Positions 45,574 through 55,200 of a stretch of DNA of 64,000 nucleotides are shown piece by piece (positions within the stretch are counted from its first letter, which is position 1; every line of letters starts with the position of its first letter). Source of the stretch: a virus; IMG/VR virus record IMGVR_UViG_3300029381_000501, one strand, 5' to 3'. The notes beneath the pieces are model-generated. The model was not told the origin of the DNA, ran no database searches, and saw only the letters and a list, made by a program, of their open reading frames with translations. A program made the position numbers and the translations under genes.

Positions 45574-45987
45574 CTACAAAATCTCTTCCCAAGGAATGCC
45601 CACACCATTAAACGATGTATCTGCATAGAAGCGGTTGAAGATGAAACCGTCCTGCTGATCCTCATCATCCACGTAGTCCTTGATGAACTGAGCCATCTGC
45701 TTCTCCTCCGTGATAGACGAGCCATAGAAATCAGCCAAGCACATATGTGCGATGTAAACCGCATCATAGCCCACATTGTTCTCCAGCACAATATTGTTCT
45801 TCTTCAAGATGTCCTCAATATCATCCTTGCTCATCATGCGGATGGGCTTACCGTTCTTCCGCATCTGCTTTACTGCCCACTCGCACATCTTCTTATTGAA
45901 ATGCCAGCCGTTGTATCTCAGGTAAGCCCTCATTTCTTCCGGCTGATAATCGTAGGCGTTCAAAGATTGTCTGTATTTTGTTCCCAT
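45574..45987 (-). CDS. Hypothetical protein
   Basis: 137-aa ORF. Confidence 0.35.
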   Translation of the reverse strand: MGTKYRQSLNAYDYQPEEMRAYLRYNGWHFNKKMCEWAVKQMRKNGKPIRMMSKDDIEDILKKNNIVLENNVGYDAVYIAHMCLADFYGSSITEEKQMAQFIKDYVDDEDQQDGFIFNRFYADTSFNGVGIPWEEIL

Positions 45988-46068
45988 AATCTCAATCGTT
46001 TAAAATGAAAAGAGTGAAGAGGAAAAGCAAATGAATTTTTCACTCTTCGTTCTTCACTCTTCACTTAA

Positions 46069-46338
46069 TTAGTAATCTTCTCCGTAATCACTTCTGTAAT
46101 CACGTCCACGGTCTTCACGTTGGCGCATGTCGTCGTACTCTTCATGCTCTCGCATACCACTTCTGCCTCCACGACCTCTATAATCGGGCATGCGGTTGCG
46201 CTCGCCGTATCGGTCACGTCTGCCATCACGCTTCATTTCGCCCAGGCAGTTCATAGCCTTATCCAAGTAGCGCAAGCCCTTCTCCACGTTCTCATACAAG
46301 CCATCAAACTTGTCTTCTGTAATCTCAATCATTACCAT
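46069..46338 (-). CDS. Hypothetical RG/DY-rich low-complexity protein
   Basis: 89 aa, 'DGRRDRYGERNRMPDYRGRGGRSGMRE'. Confidence 0.3.
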   Translation of the reverse strand: MVMIEITEDKFDGLYENVEKGLRYLDKAMNCLGEMKRDGRRDRYGERNRMPDYRGRGGRSGMREHEEYDDMRQREDRGRDYRSDYGEDY

Positions 46339-46379
46339 AATATCATAAGATTTTAAAAGTGAATAGATAGGGTAGGAGA

Positions 46380-46880
46380 TTACTTGCTTGCCACCTGTTC
46401 GAGCAATCCCATCATCCTGTCAAGCTTTCCCTCCATGCCAGAAACCTTGCCTTCCAGCTTGGAAATCTTCTCAGCCTGTTCCTTCTCCTTGGCTATCTGG
46501 GGGTTGAGTTGCAGTAGCATTCCCTCACAAGATTTAACGACTCTCTCATGGTAATCTACGCTCTCCAGTATCGCCTTGGATTGTCTCAGCATTGCATCGA
46601 CCTCTGCACTCATGGCTTCCTTGCTATCGCTTACCACAAGATTCTTGTCGTTCGCTATCTGTCCGTTAGCAGGTAGCTGCTTGAAATCCGCCTCTTCGTC
46701 ACCCAGCTTCACCCTAACGTCCACCACAGTCTCCATAGGTTGAGGGGTGAAGCCATTGTTGAAGGATGGGTATCTCGTCTGAGGGTTGCTAACCGAAACA
46801 ACCTGACCGATCCTCAAGCTAGGGTTTTCACCCTTGTCGAGCACATAGAATAAAGAATTTGTTCGTAGTCCTTGAAACAT
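46380..46880 (-). CDS. Hypothetical virion protein
   Basis: 166-aa ORF. Confidence 0.35.
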   Translation of the reverse strand: MFQGLRTNSLFYVLDKGENPSLRIGQVVSVSNPQTRYPSFNNGFTPQPMETVVDVRVKLGDEEADFKQLPANGQIANDKNLVVSDSKEAMSAEVDAMLRQSKAILESVDYHERVVKSCEGMLLQLNPQIAKEKEQAEKISKLEGKVSGMEGKLDRMMGLLEQVASK

Positions 46881-46907
46881 AATGTAATCTCCTATTATCT
46901 ATTCTTG

Positions 46908-47252
46908 TTAAACAATACCCGTCATCAGCTGAAGGGTGTTAGTATCTCGCTCGAACCAGAGCTGAACCACTCCAGTTCCCGGCACGTCAGCAACCGTCAA
47001 AGCATCACCATTGAATTTGGTTACAGCTTGGGTTGCTCCGTTGGTCTCGAAAAGGATAGGCAGCGTACCTGTCGTTCCTGTCGGAATAGCCTGCATCAGA
47101 TTCACGAAAATCGTTCCCCTGTAGTTGGTATTCACGAAGGCGTGGTTTTTAAAGGTGAACACCACATTGGCGGTATTCACCTTCACGCCAGTAGAAGCGA
47201 TAGCCGCCGAACCGTTACGATTCACCCAAGTAAAAGGTCTTAACCATAACAT
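46908..47252 (-). CDS. Hypothetical beta-rich protein
   Basis: 114-aa ORF. Confidence 0.35.
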   Translation of the reverse strand: MLWLRPFTWVNRNGSAAIASTGVKVNTANVVFTFKNHAFVNTNYRGTIFVNLMQAIPTGTTGTLPILFETNGATQAVTKFNGDALTVADVPGTGVVQLWFERDTNTLQLMTGIV

Positions 47253-47267
47253 AGCAGCCTCCTTTCT

Positions 47268-48248
47268 TTAACCCCAGAATCCTGCACCGTTAGCAGCATT
47301 CAGTCCATACAAACCAGCCTGATAAGCAACGCAGTTAGGAACCGCAGTGAATGGGCTGTAAGGGGTGGTTACTGTCTCTGGCAGCTTGCACTTGATGCCT
47401 GCCACCTCACTCTGCAAACCAGCCAATACCTGATTGATAGGTGCCACAGCCTGACTCACGATTTGTGAAGTCATAGCAGAAGCCTTGAAGGTACTGTTCT
47501 CCTCACGCAGAGAATCAATCTTGTTCTGCATTTCACGCATCTCAGCCTGCTTCTGACCGTCAACGATGGTCTGAGTACTCTCCTTGATGGCGTTGTGCAA
47601 GTCGCAAGTCTGTCGCTGGGTCTCGTAAGCAACGTTAGAGAAGCCACGCTCCTGACCTACAGCCACATTGTTGATGGCATTCTGCAAGGTTCCAGTCTGC
47701 TGACAGATAGCCAGACGGTTCTCGCAGCAGCAGTTTGCAATCTGCTGAGCAATCTGCATGTTACCCTGCTGCAAAGCATTGATGGTCTGCATACCGCTCA
47801 TGCCCACCTGATTACCCACGTTCTGAACCTGAGAAGTCAAGGCAGAAATAGCATTCTGAATCTGACCTTCAGTACAGTTGAGCTGAGTAGCGAGATTACT
47901 GAGTGCGTTACGATTACCGCCGATGGCATCCATCAAGAGGCTACGACCGTAGTCATTGTTAATCTCGTTAGCGATACCGCCACGACCGTTGCCGCCGAAG
48001 CCGCCCCAGCCATTGCCACCCCAACCCATAAGGAAGAAGAGGAAGATAACCCACATGAACCAGCCGCCTTCACCGCACATTCCGTTGTTACCCTTCATGG
48101 CGAGAAGCACATTTGGATCTACACCCTGCTTCTGGAGCAGAGGAGCAAGAAGTCCAAGCATTCCGTTTGAACCTCCGTTTTGGTTTTCACCAAAGATGTA
48201 TGTCTTAGATTCTGACATAATAAATGATAGATTAATCGTTTCGTTCAC
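47268..48248 (-). CDS. Gly/Gln/Asn-rich protein with one TM helix and a glycine-zipper (virion-internal or membrane-interacting protein candidate)
   Basis: 'GWFMWVIFLFFLMGWGGNGWGGFGGNGRGG' then a long Q/N-rich helical region. Confidence 0.35.
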   Translation of the reverse strand: MNETINLSFIMSESKTYIFGENQNGGSNGMLGLLAPLLQKQGVDPNVLLAMKGNNGMCGEGGWFMWVIFLFFLMGWGGNGWGGFGGNGRGGIANEINNDYGRSLLMDAIGGNRNALSNLATQLNCTEGQIQNAISALTSQVQNVGNQVGMSGMQTINALQQGNMQIAQQIANCCCENRLAICQQTGTLQNAINNVAVGQERGFSNVAYETQRQTCDLHNAIKESTQTIVDGQKQAEMREMQNKIDSLREENSTFKASAMTSQIVSQAVAPINQVLAGLQSEVAGIKCKLPETVTTPYSPFTAVPNCVAYQAGLYGLNAANGAGFWG

Positions 48249-48437
48249 TATTGAACTTGGTGCAAAGTTACGAAGAACCTTGCACCCTGCCTAACTATGC
48301 TCAAAATATTTTTTTAGCAAGTTAAGCCCCAGTTCCTCAGCATTTTATGCTGAGTCATTCTCTGCTCATTTATTTAGTAAAAATCTAAACTATTCAGAAA
48401 TTGCTCTCAAACCGATACAATCTATCAATATTATCTG

Positions 48438-48445
48438 TACCTTTG
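48438..48445 (+). promoter_or_regulatory. -7 box TACCTTTG ahead of a plus-strand small gene with its own promoter and terminator
   Basis: Consensus TAnnTTTG 45 nt upstream of ATG 48491. Confidence 0.35.
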
Positions 48446-48490
48446 CACGAAAATGAGCTAAATTAAGGAAGAATTTTAATTTTATCAATT

Positions 48491-48706
48491 ATGAGCAAAT
48501 ATAAATTGAACATTTATCAAATTCAAGAGAAAGAGACTCTTGATGTAAACTTAATCAGTCTTAAAGACAAGATTGAGGCTATTATGAAAATTGACGAAAC
48601 AGTGTCTAATGCTCCAGCAGCATGTTTTGAAGAAAATGAAGAAACCCCATTTGCTATAGCTTACAAGAAAGCTAATGGCGAAGTGGTTTTCTATTACCCA
48701 GAGTAA
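48491..48706 (+). CDS. Hypothetical small protein inserted on the opposite strand in the minus-strand block
   Basis: 71-aa ORF with its own promoter and downstream hairpin. Confidence 0.4.
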   Translation: MSKYKLNIYQIQEKETLDVNLISLKDKIEAIMKIDETVSNAPAACFEENEETPFAIAYKKANGEVVFYYPE

Positions 48707-48716
48707 GTTTAAAAAA

Positions 48717-48760
48717 AGGAGTGAGCACTAAGCCCACTCCTCATTTAATATTTATTCCAG
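48717..48760. terminator. Bidirectional hairpin GGAGTG...CACTCC + T-rich tract
   Basis: Between convergent genes. Confidence 0.4.
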
Positions 48761-49606
48761 CCTATCCAGCTCATCAACCGCATCCATCATGATCCTGTCA
48801 ATATTCTGATTAGCGAAGTTGATGCTCTCGGTATCGCTCGCCTTATCCCTCATCTTCTTCCATCGCTTCATCTGTTTCTCTGCCAGCTCGATTACTCTCA
48901 CCTTGGCAGCTTCCTTGGAGTTTTGAAAGTGGAAATACTCACCTATATTCGTGATTCTTTTATCAATCGGAACGTTCTTCGATTTCAGGCGGTCCACGTT
49001 CGCCATGGTCTTCTCCATTTCATCCTTGTAGTTATACCACTTGCTCTTGGTTCTCTGCAAGCTGCTCTGCTCGTTTGGAGTATAGAGAAGAGAGCGAAGG
49101 AAAGGAATATCCTTGGTTTCCGTGTCGCTTCCGTGCTTGATAACACCGATAGCACGCTCTGTAAAGGTAGCAGCGCCACCGCCTATACCACCGATGTAAT
49201 GATTCAGCATACTAGGGTTCGTCACCATATCCAGGAAACTATTACCCAGCATATCCTCATTACCCTTGGCTACATCGTTGGTCTGGGCATTCACCCATTT
49301 ATTTACAGCCATATACCCGTCAGGCGTGCCTTTGTTGGCTCTCTGCCAAGCAGGGGAATTTTCATTCCAGTCACCACGTCTTTCAATCGGCGCACCCTTC
49401 CAGTCGGTGTTTAACTCCCATTCCACGAAAGGAGATAGGGCAGAAGGAGAGATAGCCTTGATCGTCTCGTTCAATGGCTCCTTGCCAGCCGAAGAGTTAC
49501 CGAGATAGTCCATCACCGGCACAAGCTGCGACATACAGCCCACGGCATCCAAGGCAGGATTCTTCTGTCCGCTTACGTTTGGCGAGAAGGTCAAGCCAGC
49601 CGCCAA
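48752..49606 (-). CDS. Stand-alone paralogue of the C-terminal ~280-aa domain of the giant protein (putative virion-targeting/anchoring module); apparent TTG start
   Basis: Shared blocks with the giant C-terminus: 'QRTKSKWYNYKDEM' / 'QRTRSKWYNYSDEL'; 'VNKWVNAQTNDV' / 'INKWANQGTNSI'; 'DWKGAPIERRGDWNENSPAWQRA' / 'DWTGRPFYRDYDYLDKAPRWKRA'; 'AVDELDRLE' / 'AVNDLDKLN'. Confidence 0.5.
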   Translation of the reverse strand: MAAGLTFSPNVSGQKNPALDAVGCMSQLVPVMDYLGNSSAGKEPLNETIKAISPSALSPFVEWELNTDWKGAPIERRGDWNENSPAWQRANKGTPDGYMAVNKWVNAQTNDVAKGNEDMLGNSFLDMVTNPSMLNHYIGGIGGGAATFTERAIGVIKHGSDTETKDIPFLRSLLYTPNEQSSLQRTKSKWYNYKDEMEKTMANVDRLKSKNVPIDKRITNIGEYFHFQNSKEAAKVRVIELAEKQMKRWKKMRDKASDTESINFANQNIDRIMMDAVDELDRLE

Positions 49607-49779
49607 GCACCATACGACTAAAATCTGATTTTTTGGAAACTGTTAAATGATGTGAAGTGCCGATAAATAAAGGCGATTTTCTAGATAATACGTAGAACTG
49701 TCGTCGAACAGTTATTGACTGGTTTATACCGTATGGATTTCTTAACTTTTAAAATTGCGCTTATCCCGAAAAATCGTAC

Positions 49780-49787
49780 TATCTTTG
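49780..49787 (+). promoter_or_regulatory. -7 box TATCTTTG ahead of the Bro-N gene; the leader contains a long imperfect hairpin (~49803-49880)
   Basis: Consensus match. Confidence 0.35.
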
Positions 49788-49942
49788 CACTCGTAAGTTC
49801 GTGAGGTGAGAGGCACAAACAGACACAGAATCAATGGATTTCATCATAATAATATACAATGCCCTGTCTGCACCTCTCACACTAGCGGATGGGGCATTTC
49901 TTATGCCCTTTCATTGGAAGTAGAATTTTAAAATATATTATT

Positions 49943-50674
49943 ATGAACGAAATCAGTTTGATTAGCAAGTCAACTTTCCTTGGTAAGGAGATTGATGTGT
50001 ATGGTAACGCCGAGAACCCATTGTTTAAGGCAAACGATGTTGCAGAGTGGTTGGAACTTTCGAATGTTTCCGACATGATCACAAGAGTTGATGAGGATGA
50101 ACGGTCTAAGTTCAACTTAGGGCGTCAGGGTGAGACTTGGTTTCTCACTGAGGATGGTCTTTACGAAGTTTTGATGCAGAGTCGTAAGCCGCAAGCTAAG
50201 CAGTTCAAGAAGGGAGTGAAGGAAATCTTGAAGTCTATCCGTCGCACAGGATGCTATTCTGTCACGAATGTAATCAAGGATAGAGTAGAGGCTGGTATGA
50301 TGTGGGTGGAAGGCTGCAAGCGAATCCTTAACCTTAGCGATTCATCAACTCTTGCTCTGATGCAGAAGGTAGCAGAACCTCTTGGCTTGCCATCCCCAGA
50401 CTATATTGCTAGCAAGGGAGTGATGCACTCGGCATCAGAACTGTTGAAACGCTTTGGATCCAAGATGTCGGCATTGAAGTTCAACCAGCAGATGGTTAAG
50501 CTTGGCTTCTTGAAAGAGGAGACCCGCCAGGGAACTACAAAGATTCATAAATTCAAGGTGATTACCGAGAAGGGTAAGTCTTATGGAGAGAACCAGGTAT
50601 CTCCAAAGAACCAGAGTGAGACGCAGCCACGATGGTATGATGATAAGTTTGAAGAGCTGTTGAAGGCTATATAA
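49943..50674 (+). CDS. Bro-N domain protein (antirepressor-like)
   Basis: 'LISKSTFLGKEIDVYGNAENPLFKANDVAEWLELSN' resembles the Bro-N signature; ORF track starts at 49889, ATG 49943 is preferred. Confidence 0.55.
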   Translation: MNEISLISKSTFLGKEIDVYGNAENPLFKANDVAEWLELSNVSDMITRVDEDERSKFNLGRQGETWFLTEDGLYEVLMQSRKPQAKQFKKGVKEILKSIRRTGCYSVTNVIKDRVEAGMMWVEGCKRILNLSDSSTLALMQKVAEPLGLPSPDYIASKGVMHSASELLKRFGSKMSALKFNQQMVKLGFLKEETRQGTTKIHKFKVITEKGKSYGENQVSPKNQSETQPRWYDDKFEELLKAI

Positions 50675-50680
50675 TATAAT

Positions 50681-50716
50681 AAGGTGGAGTACTGTCTGTA
50701 CTCCACCTTATTATTT
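50681..50716. terminator. Bidirectional terminator: perfect 12-bp hairpin AAGGTGGAGTAC-tgtct-GTACTCCACCTT flanked by A/T runs
   Basis: Read directly in the sequence. Confidence 0.6.
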
Positions 50717-51649
50717 ATACTTTTTGTCATACTCTTCAATTGCCAGCAAAACATTCTTCCGAAAAACGGCAGATGGATGGTCGTCTTTCTTCGATGTGCT
50801 TCTTCCACCTTCCATGGTCGCAATCTTATCTAGTACCCTAATCATAATATTGGGGTCTGCACCAATAAATTGCAAGAAACGATATGAAGCAATATCGGCT
50901 TCTATCTCCTGCTCTCTAGAATAGCGCATCTTATAATTGCTAGTTGCAAGATAAGCATCCCTATCAAAGGCGTGACCGGCAAGTAAAACGTTTTGCTGAT
51001 ATTGAGCATTGTTAGAAGAACTGTAGGTAGAGTTGTATGCGCCAGAGTATGCTACGGCTGTAGCAGCCAGTGCGCCACCAAGTTCTGCCCACATCTTGTT
51101 ATTGCGCTCTTTCTTGTTTGCGGCGTATATGTGGTTAAGAGAATGCTTACCAACGAAATGTTGTATTTCATGTGCTAGTACGGCAACAATCTCCATTGTG
51201 TCCAGCTTCTCAATTAATCCTGTGTTGAGAAAAATTAATCCAGTAGGATAGGTGGATGAGTTAAACTCATTGTTAGGATTTATATGAATCTCAATATCGC
51301 TATCAATCTTATTGAGATTAAAGATACTGTCAAGTTTTCCTAATAGCCCCTTGTATTTAAGATCACAATATTTGTTAGGCTTAATCTTACTTTTAATGGT
51401 GTTACATGTTAGAACGTACTCTGACAGAGATCTTTTTGCAGTCTTTGACTTTGCAGAATATATCTTGTCTATCTTCTGGTCGTACCAATGTCTCTTCCAC
51501 CAAAACTCTGCAACCTTATCTTTCGGAAGACTTTTTAGTTCTGATGGTACATCGTATTGTTTGATATAATTCTCACATTCCCATGAACTTTGAGCATGGC
51601 ACATAGAAGCCAAAGCTATTATGGTTACTATTGATAATATCCTTTTCAT
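50711..51649 (-). CDS. Secreted M48-family zinc metalloprotease
   Basis: Signal peptide 'IVTIIALASMCHAQ'; 'VAVLAHEIQHFVGKHS' (HExxH) and 'EQEIEADIASYRFL' (third-ligand Glu motif). Confidence 0.55.
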   Translation of the reverse strand: MKRILSIVTIIALASMCHAQSSWECENYIKQYDVPSELKSLPKDKVAEFWWKRHWYDQKIDKIYSAKSKTAKRSLSEYVLTCNTIKSKIKPNKYCDLKYKGLLGKLDSIFNLNKIDSDIEIHINPNNEFNSSTYPTGLIFLNTGLIEKLDTMEIVAVLAHEIQHFVGKHSLNHIYAANKKERNNKMWAELGGALAATAVAYSGAYNSTYSSSNNAQYQQNVLLAGHAFDRDAYLATSNYKMRYSREQEIEADIASYRFLQFIGADPNIMIRVLDKIATMEGGRSTSKKDDHPSAVFRKNVLLAIEEYDKKYK

Positions 51650-52194
51650 AAGCTTTCATTTATATAATCAAATTCTCCGTATTTTAAACAAACAAAATAG
51701 CCTTTTTTATCAGCTGTATTTTTTGTAACATACAACTTAAATGCATATTCATCAGAATTAACAGGTGAAGTGCCTCCAAAATAGCATTTAAATTTGTTGT
51801 CGTCAATCTCTTCTTGCATTTCATATTTATTTCCAAGTATGCCTTTAAGATATTCTCTGCCGCTCTTTGCCTCTTCTGCAGTATCGCATAAAAATCCCAT
51901 CATACATTCGCTGAGATAACTTCTGACCCCATCATTTTGGAATGTAAAAAATATAAAGTCGAATTTTATCCCGGCATAAGTTACATTATCAAAACCTATT
52001 GCATTTAATTCGTCCATGCTAGGATCTCCATACTTGTTAGTAAGTATAGTTCTAGCAGTTGGTCTGTCAGAGCCAAACTTAACCCCACACATTTCTGTTA
52101 CAACATCACTTTGAGCAAAACAGCTAGCCGATGCGATAGCTAACAGAAAGAATAATATAATTTTCCTCATAAGTTTAATATTTTGTTTTTGCAA
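51646..52194 (-). CDS. Secreted hypothetical protein
   Basis: Signal peptide 'ILFFLLAIASASCFAQ'; 182 aa. Confidence 0.4.
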   Translation of the reverse strand: MQKQNIKLMRKIILFFLLAIASASCFAQSDVVTEMCGVKFGSDRPTARTILTNKYGDPSMDELNAIGFDNVTYAGIKFDFIFFTFQNDGVRSYLSECMMGFLCDTAEEAKSGREYLKGILGNKYEMQEEIDDNKFKCYFGGTSPVNSDEYAFKLYVTKNTADKKGYFVCLKYGEFDYINESL

Positions 52195-52259
52195 AAGTAC
52201 AAAAAATAGCGATAGGTTGTATCACCTACCGCCACTTTTCTTTGTAGTTTATACGGATT

Positions 52260-55200
52260 CTAGTTTAACTTATCCAAGTCATTCACAGCCTCCTGCATCT
52301 TTCGATTGATGTCTTCATTAATCGACTTGATTACTTCTGGGTTAGATGCCTTGTTTAATTGTCTCTTCTTCTTCGAGATATAACTATCAGCAGCTTCCCA
52401 GATGTTATACGCCTTTCCTTCCTTGCCGTGAGTAAAGTTGAACTTCTTGGCATTATTCTCCATGTTCTTCAAAACATCAGGCGTATTAGTCTTCAACTGC
52501 TTGATATTATATTCCGTCTGCTTCAACTCGTCGGAATAGTTATACCATTTCGATCTAGTTCGCTGCATATCTTGCCCCTCTTTTGGAGTATAGTTAAACA
52601 CCCTGTAAAGAGGGATTTGATTTTTATCAAACTTTTCAAATTCATCAGAGAATCCCTTGCTGAATCCTTCTTTGTTCTTTGCTCCAGATATAACGCCCTT
52701 ACCAACAGCTTCTAACGTTTTGTAAGTTCTGCCAATAGTTGAACCCATACCACCGGTGTAACTATCTATCAAATGTTGCCAAGCGTAAGGTGCAGTAAGA
52801 TAATCAAGAGTTTCATTCCCCTTCATATCTGCATTAGAACTATCAATACTATTTGTGCCTTGGTTAGCCCATTTATTAATACTCATATAAATACCATTGG
52901 TGTTATCGTATGCCCTCTTCCATCTTGGAGCCTTATCAAGATAGTCATAATCACGATAGAAAGGTCTGCCTGTCCAGTCTCGATTGAAGGCAAGTTCCAT
53001 AGCAGGAGATATGGTTGTTGGAGTTACTGCAAGTATTGCATCCTCTCCAAGTTCCTTAATGTTGTTGCTTGGCGAATGGTGTCCAAGGAAATCAGAGGCT
53101 GGTACTAATTGTGCCATCTGTCCCAAAATATCATAACCGATAGGTGTACTACTCTTCAACTTATCATTCACAACATAGCCAGCCGCAATATCGCCCAACC
53201 CGAAGAACGCTCTTAACTCGATGGCAATAGGAATAGTCTTAAAGTTTCCGTGCCCAGTATAGATACAGATATTATTTCTGCGTTTCCATTCTGGTAACTC
53301 TGCGTATGGATCCTTCACGCCCTTTCTGTCCTTCTCGTCCTCATTATTAATCAGGTATTGATTGATTAACGCCTGAGCAATACCGAGTCCTAAAGGTAAC
53401 ATACCGAATGAAACGGCAGATGTCTTCCATGCACTCTTATAGTTCTTGAAAAACAGATTTGCACCTTGCACTCCGGCGTTATAGAACTGCGTATGATTCT
53501 TCATCCAGCTATTGAAGAAACCGAGAGTACCACGGAATTTCTTATCAATATTGCTATCATTTGAAGTTTTCAAGGTCTTGATGGCATCTCCAGAACCGTG
53601 CCGGTTGAAGTTTGTTGAAACCTCCTTGGCATCATAGATACTCCGTCCTACGCTTCTTCCGTGCTTTCGTGAAGTACAGTAAGTAGAGTAGCGAGCTACG
53701 TTTTCAATAATCTCGTTGGCAGCCTCAATAAAGGTTCCACCTTCCTTGATTTTCTTGACAAACCATCCGTCTGCATCCTTACTTCCTTTCTTGATCAGGT
53801 TATCATATTCCTCAATCAGGCTTTCCAGTTTCTTGATTTGAACAAAACCAGTCTGACCGCCATTGTCCATAAACTCTTTGAACATTCTTTCTCGTTCATT
53901 ATTTGTATCAAGCTTACCGTCTCTATACTTGCGGAACATAGTAAGATAGTTTCCACTACCTTTTCCGTTCTTGATAGAAATCATGTTTCCTGCATATTCT
54001 TTCAAGAAGTCCTTGGTGTAGCTAAATCCTTCCTTGGTAACATTGGCTGATGCAAAAGTTAAGTCACGCAACATATTAGACATCATAAAGTCTGGATTCA
54101 GCGATGTATTGAATTGGGCAATTTTTCTCGTAACCTTCGCATCAAATTGCGTTACCGCATTTCTGGTTCCTGAATCTTTCAAAAGACCATTGAGTGCTTG
54201 GGCTGCTCTAGGGTTACCCTGACAGACAAAGCTTCTTTTCCTTCCTGCGATATACACATCAATGATATGTTCAGACTTATCCTTGGCACGCTGGAATTTA
54301 AAGCCAATGTTAGGCTTTCTGTGTGAAAGCTTTGCATCACCAGTTGCTTTCTTCGCCTGCATGCTGTCCTCAAAGTTTTGCAGTATATTGCTTATTTGCT
54401 GCTGTGTGGCGTTCTCCGGAATTTGAGGTGTAACCTCTTCCCAAACTTCTTTACCATCTACTACGTGCTTCTCTAGCCAAGGATTCACTTCAACAAAGAT
54501 TTTATCTTTTGTATTACCAGTTTCATAGGCAGAAACAAATCTGGCAAAGTGCTGCTTTACTACATTCTTTCCGCCATTGATAAGCGAAGACTTTGCCATG
54601 GCGGATATTTGAGCCATAACATTAATGTCGCTCAGACTGCTTCTTCCCTTTGCATTTGCCAATACAGGACCAACAAAGTTGGAAGGATCTCCCTTTTCTC
54701 CGATATAACCATACACATCTTCTGCGGTTGTATCATCAAACTTTCTAAGAGGCACATACCATTGGAACATTCCCTTTAGATAATCTCTATCAGATTGATC
54801 AATAAAGCCGTTGTAGTATTCTTGGTCGATAACGTAATCTGTTGCAGCCTTCTTCTTTATCCAGAAGTCTTTTGCCAAATCGCTACCCATCTGGCTTTCT
54901 GCACTCATCACGTTGTCAATGGCAAGCTTGTCGTCGTATGGATCAGAGGTCTTGGCTATATTTTGCATACCATGGAATCCAGAATAATCGTGTTCGTCAG
55001 CAACAAAGTTAACGTCCACGTTGCTACGAATCCATTCGTCCATTTGCTCCAGGTACTCATCAAATCTGATGTTGCCTTTCTCTAGTTCGTCAGCCAAATC
55101 CTTCTGCTTGTCGTTCCAGTCCTTCATCAATGTCTTTGCTTTCGTAACATCGTCATTCATCATATCACGAATTGCGTCACGAACAAAGAATACACGGTTG

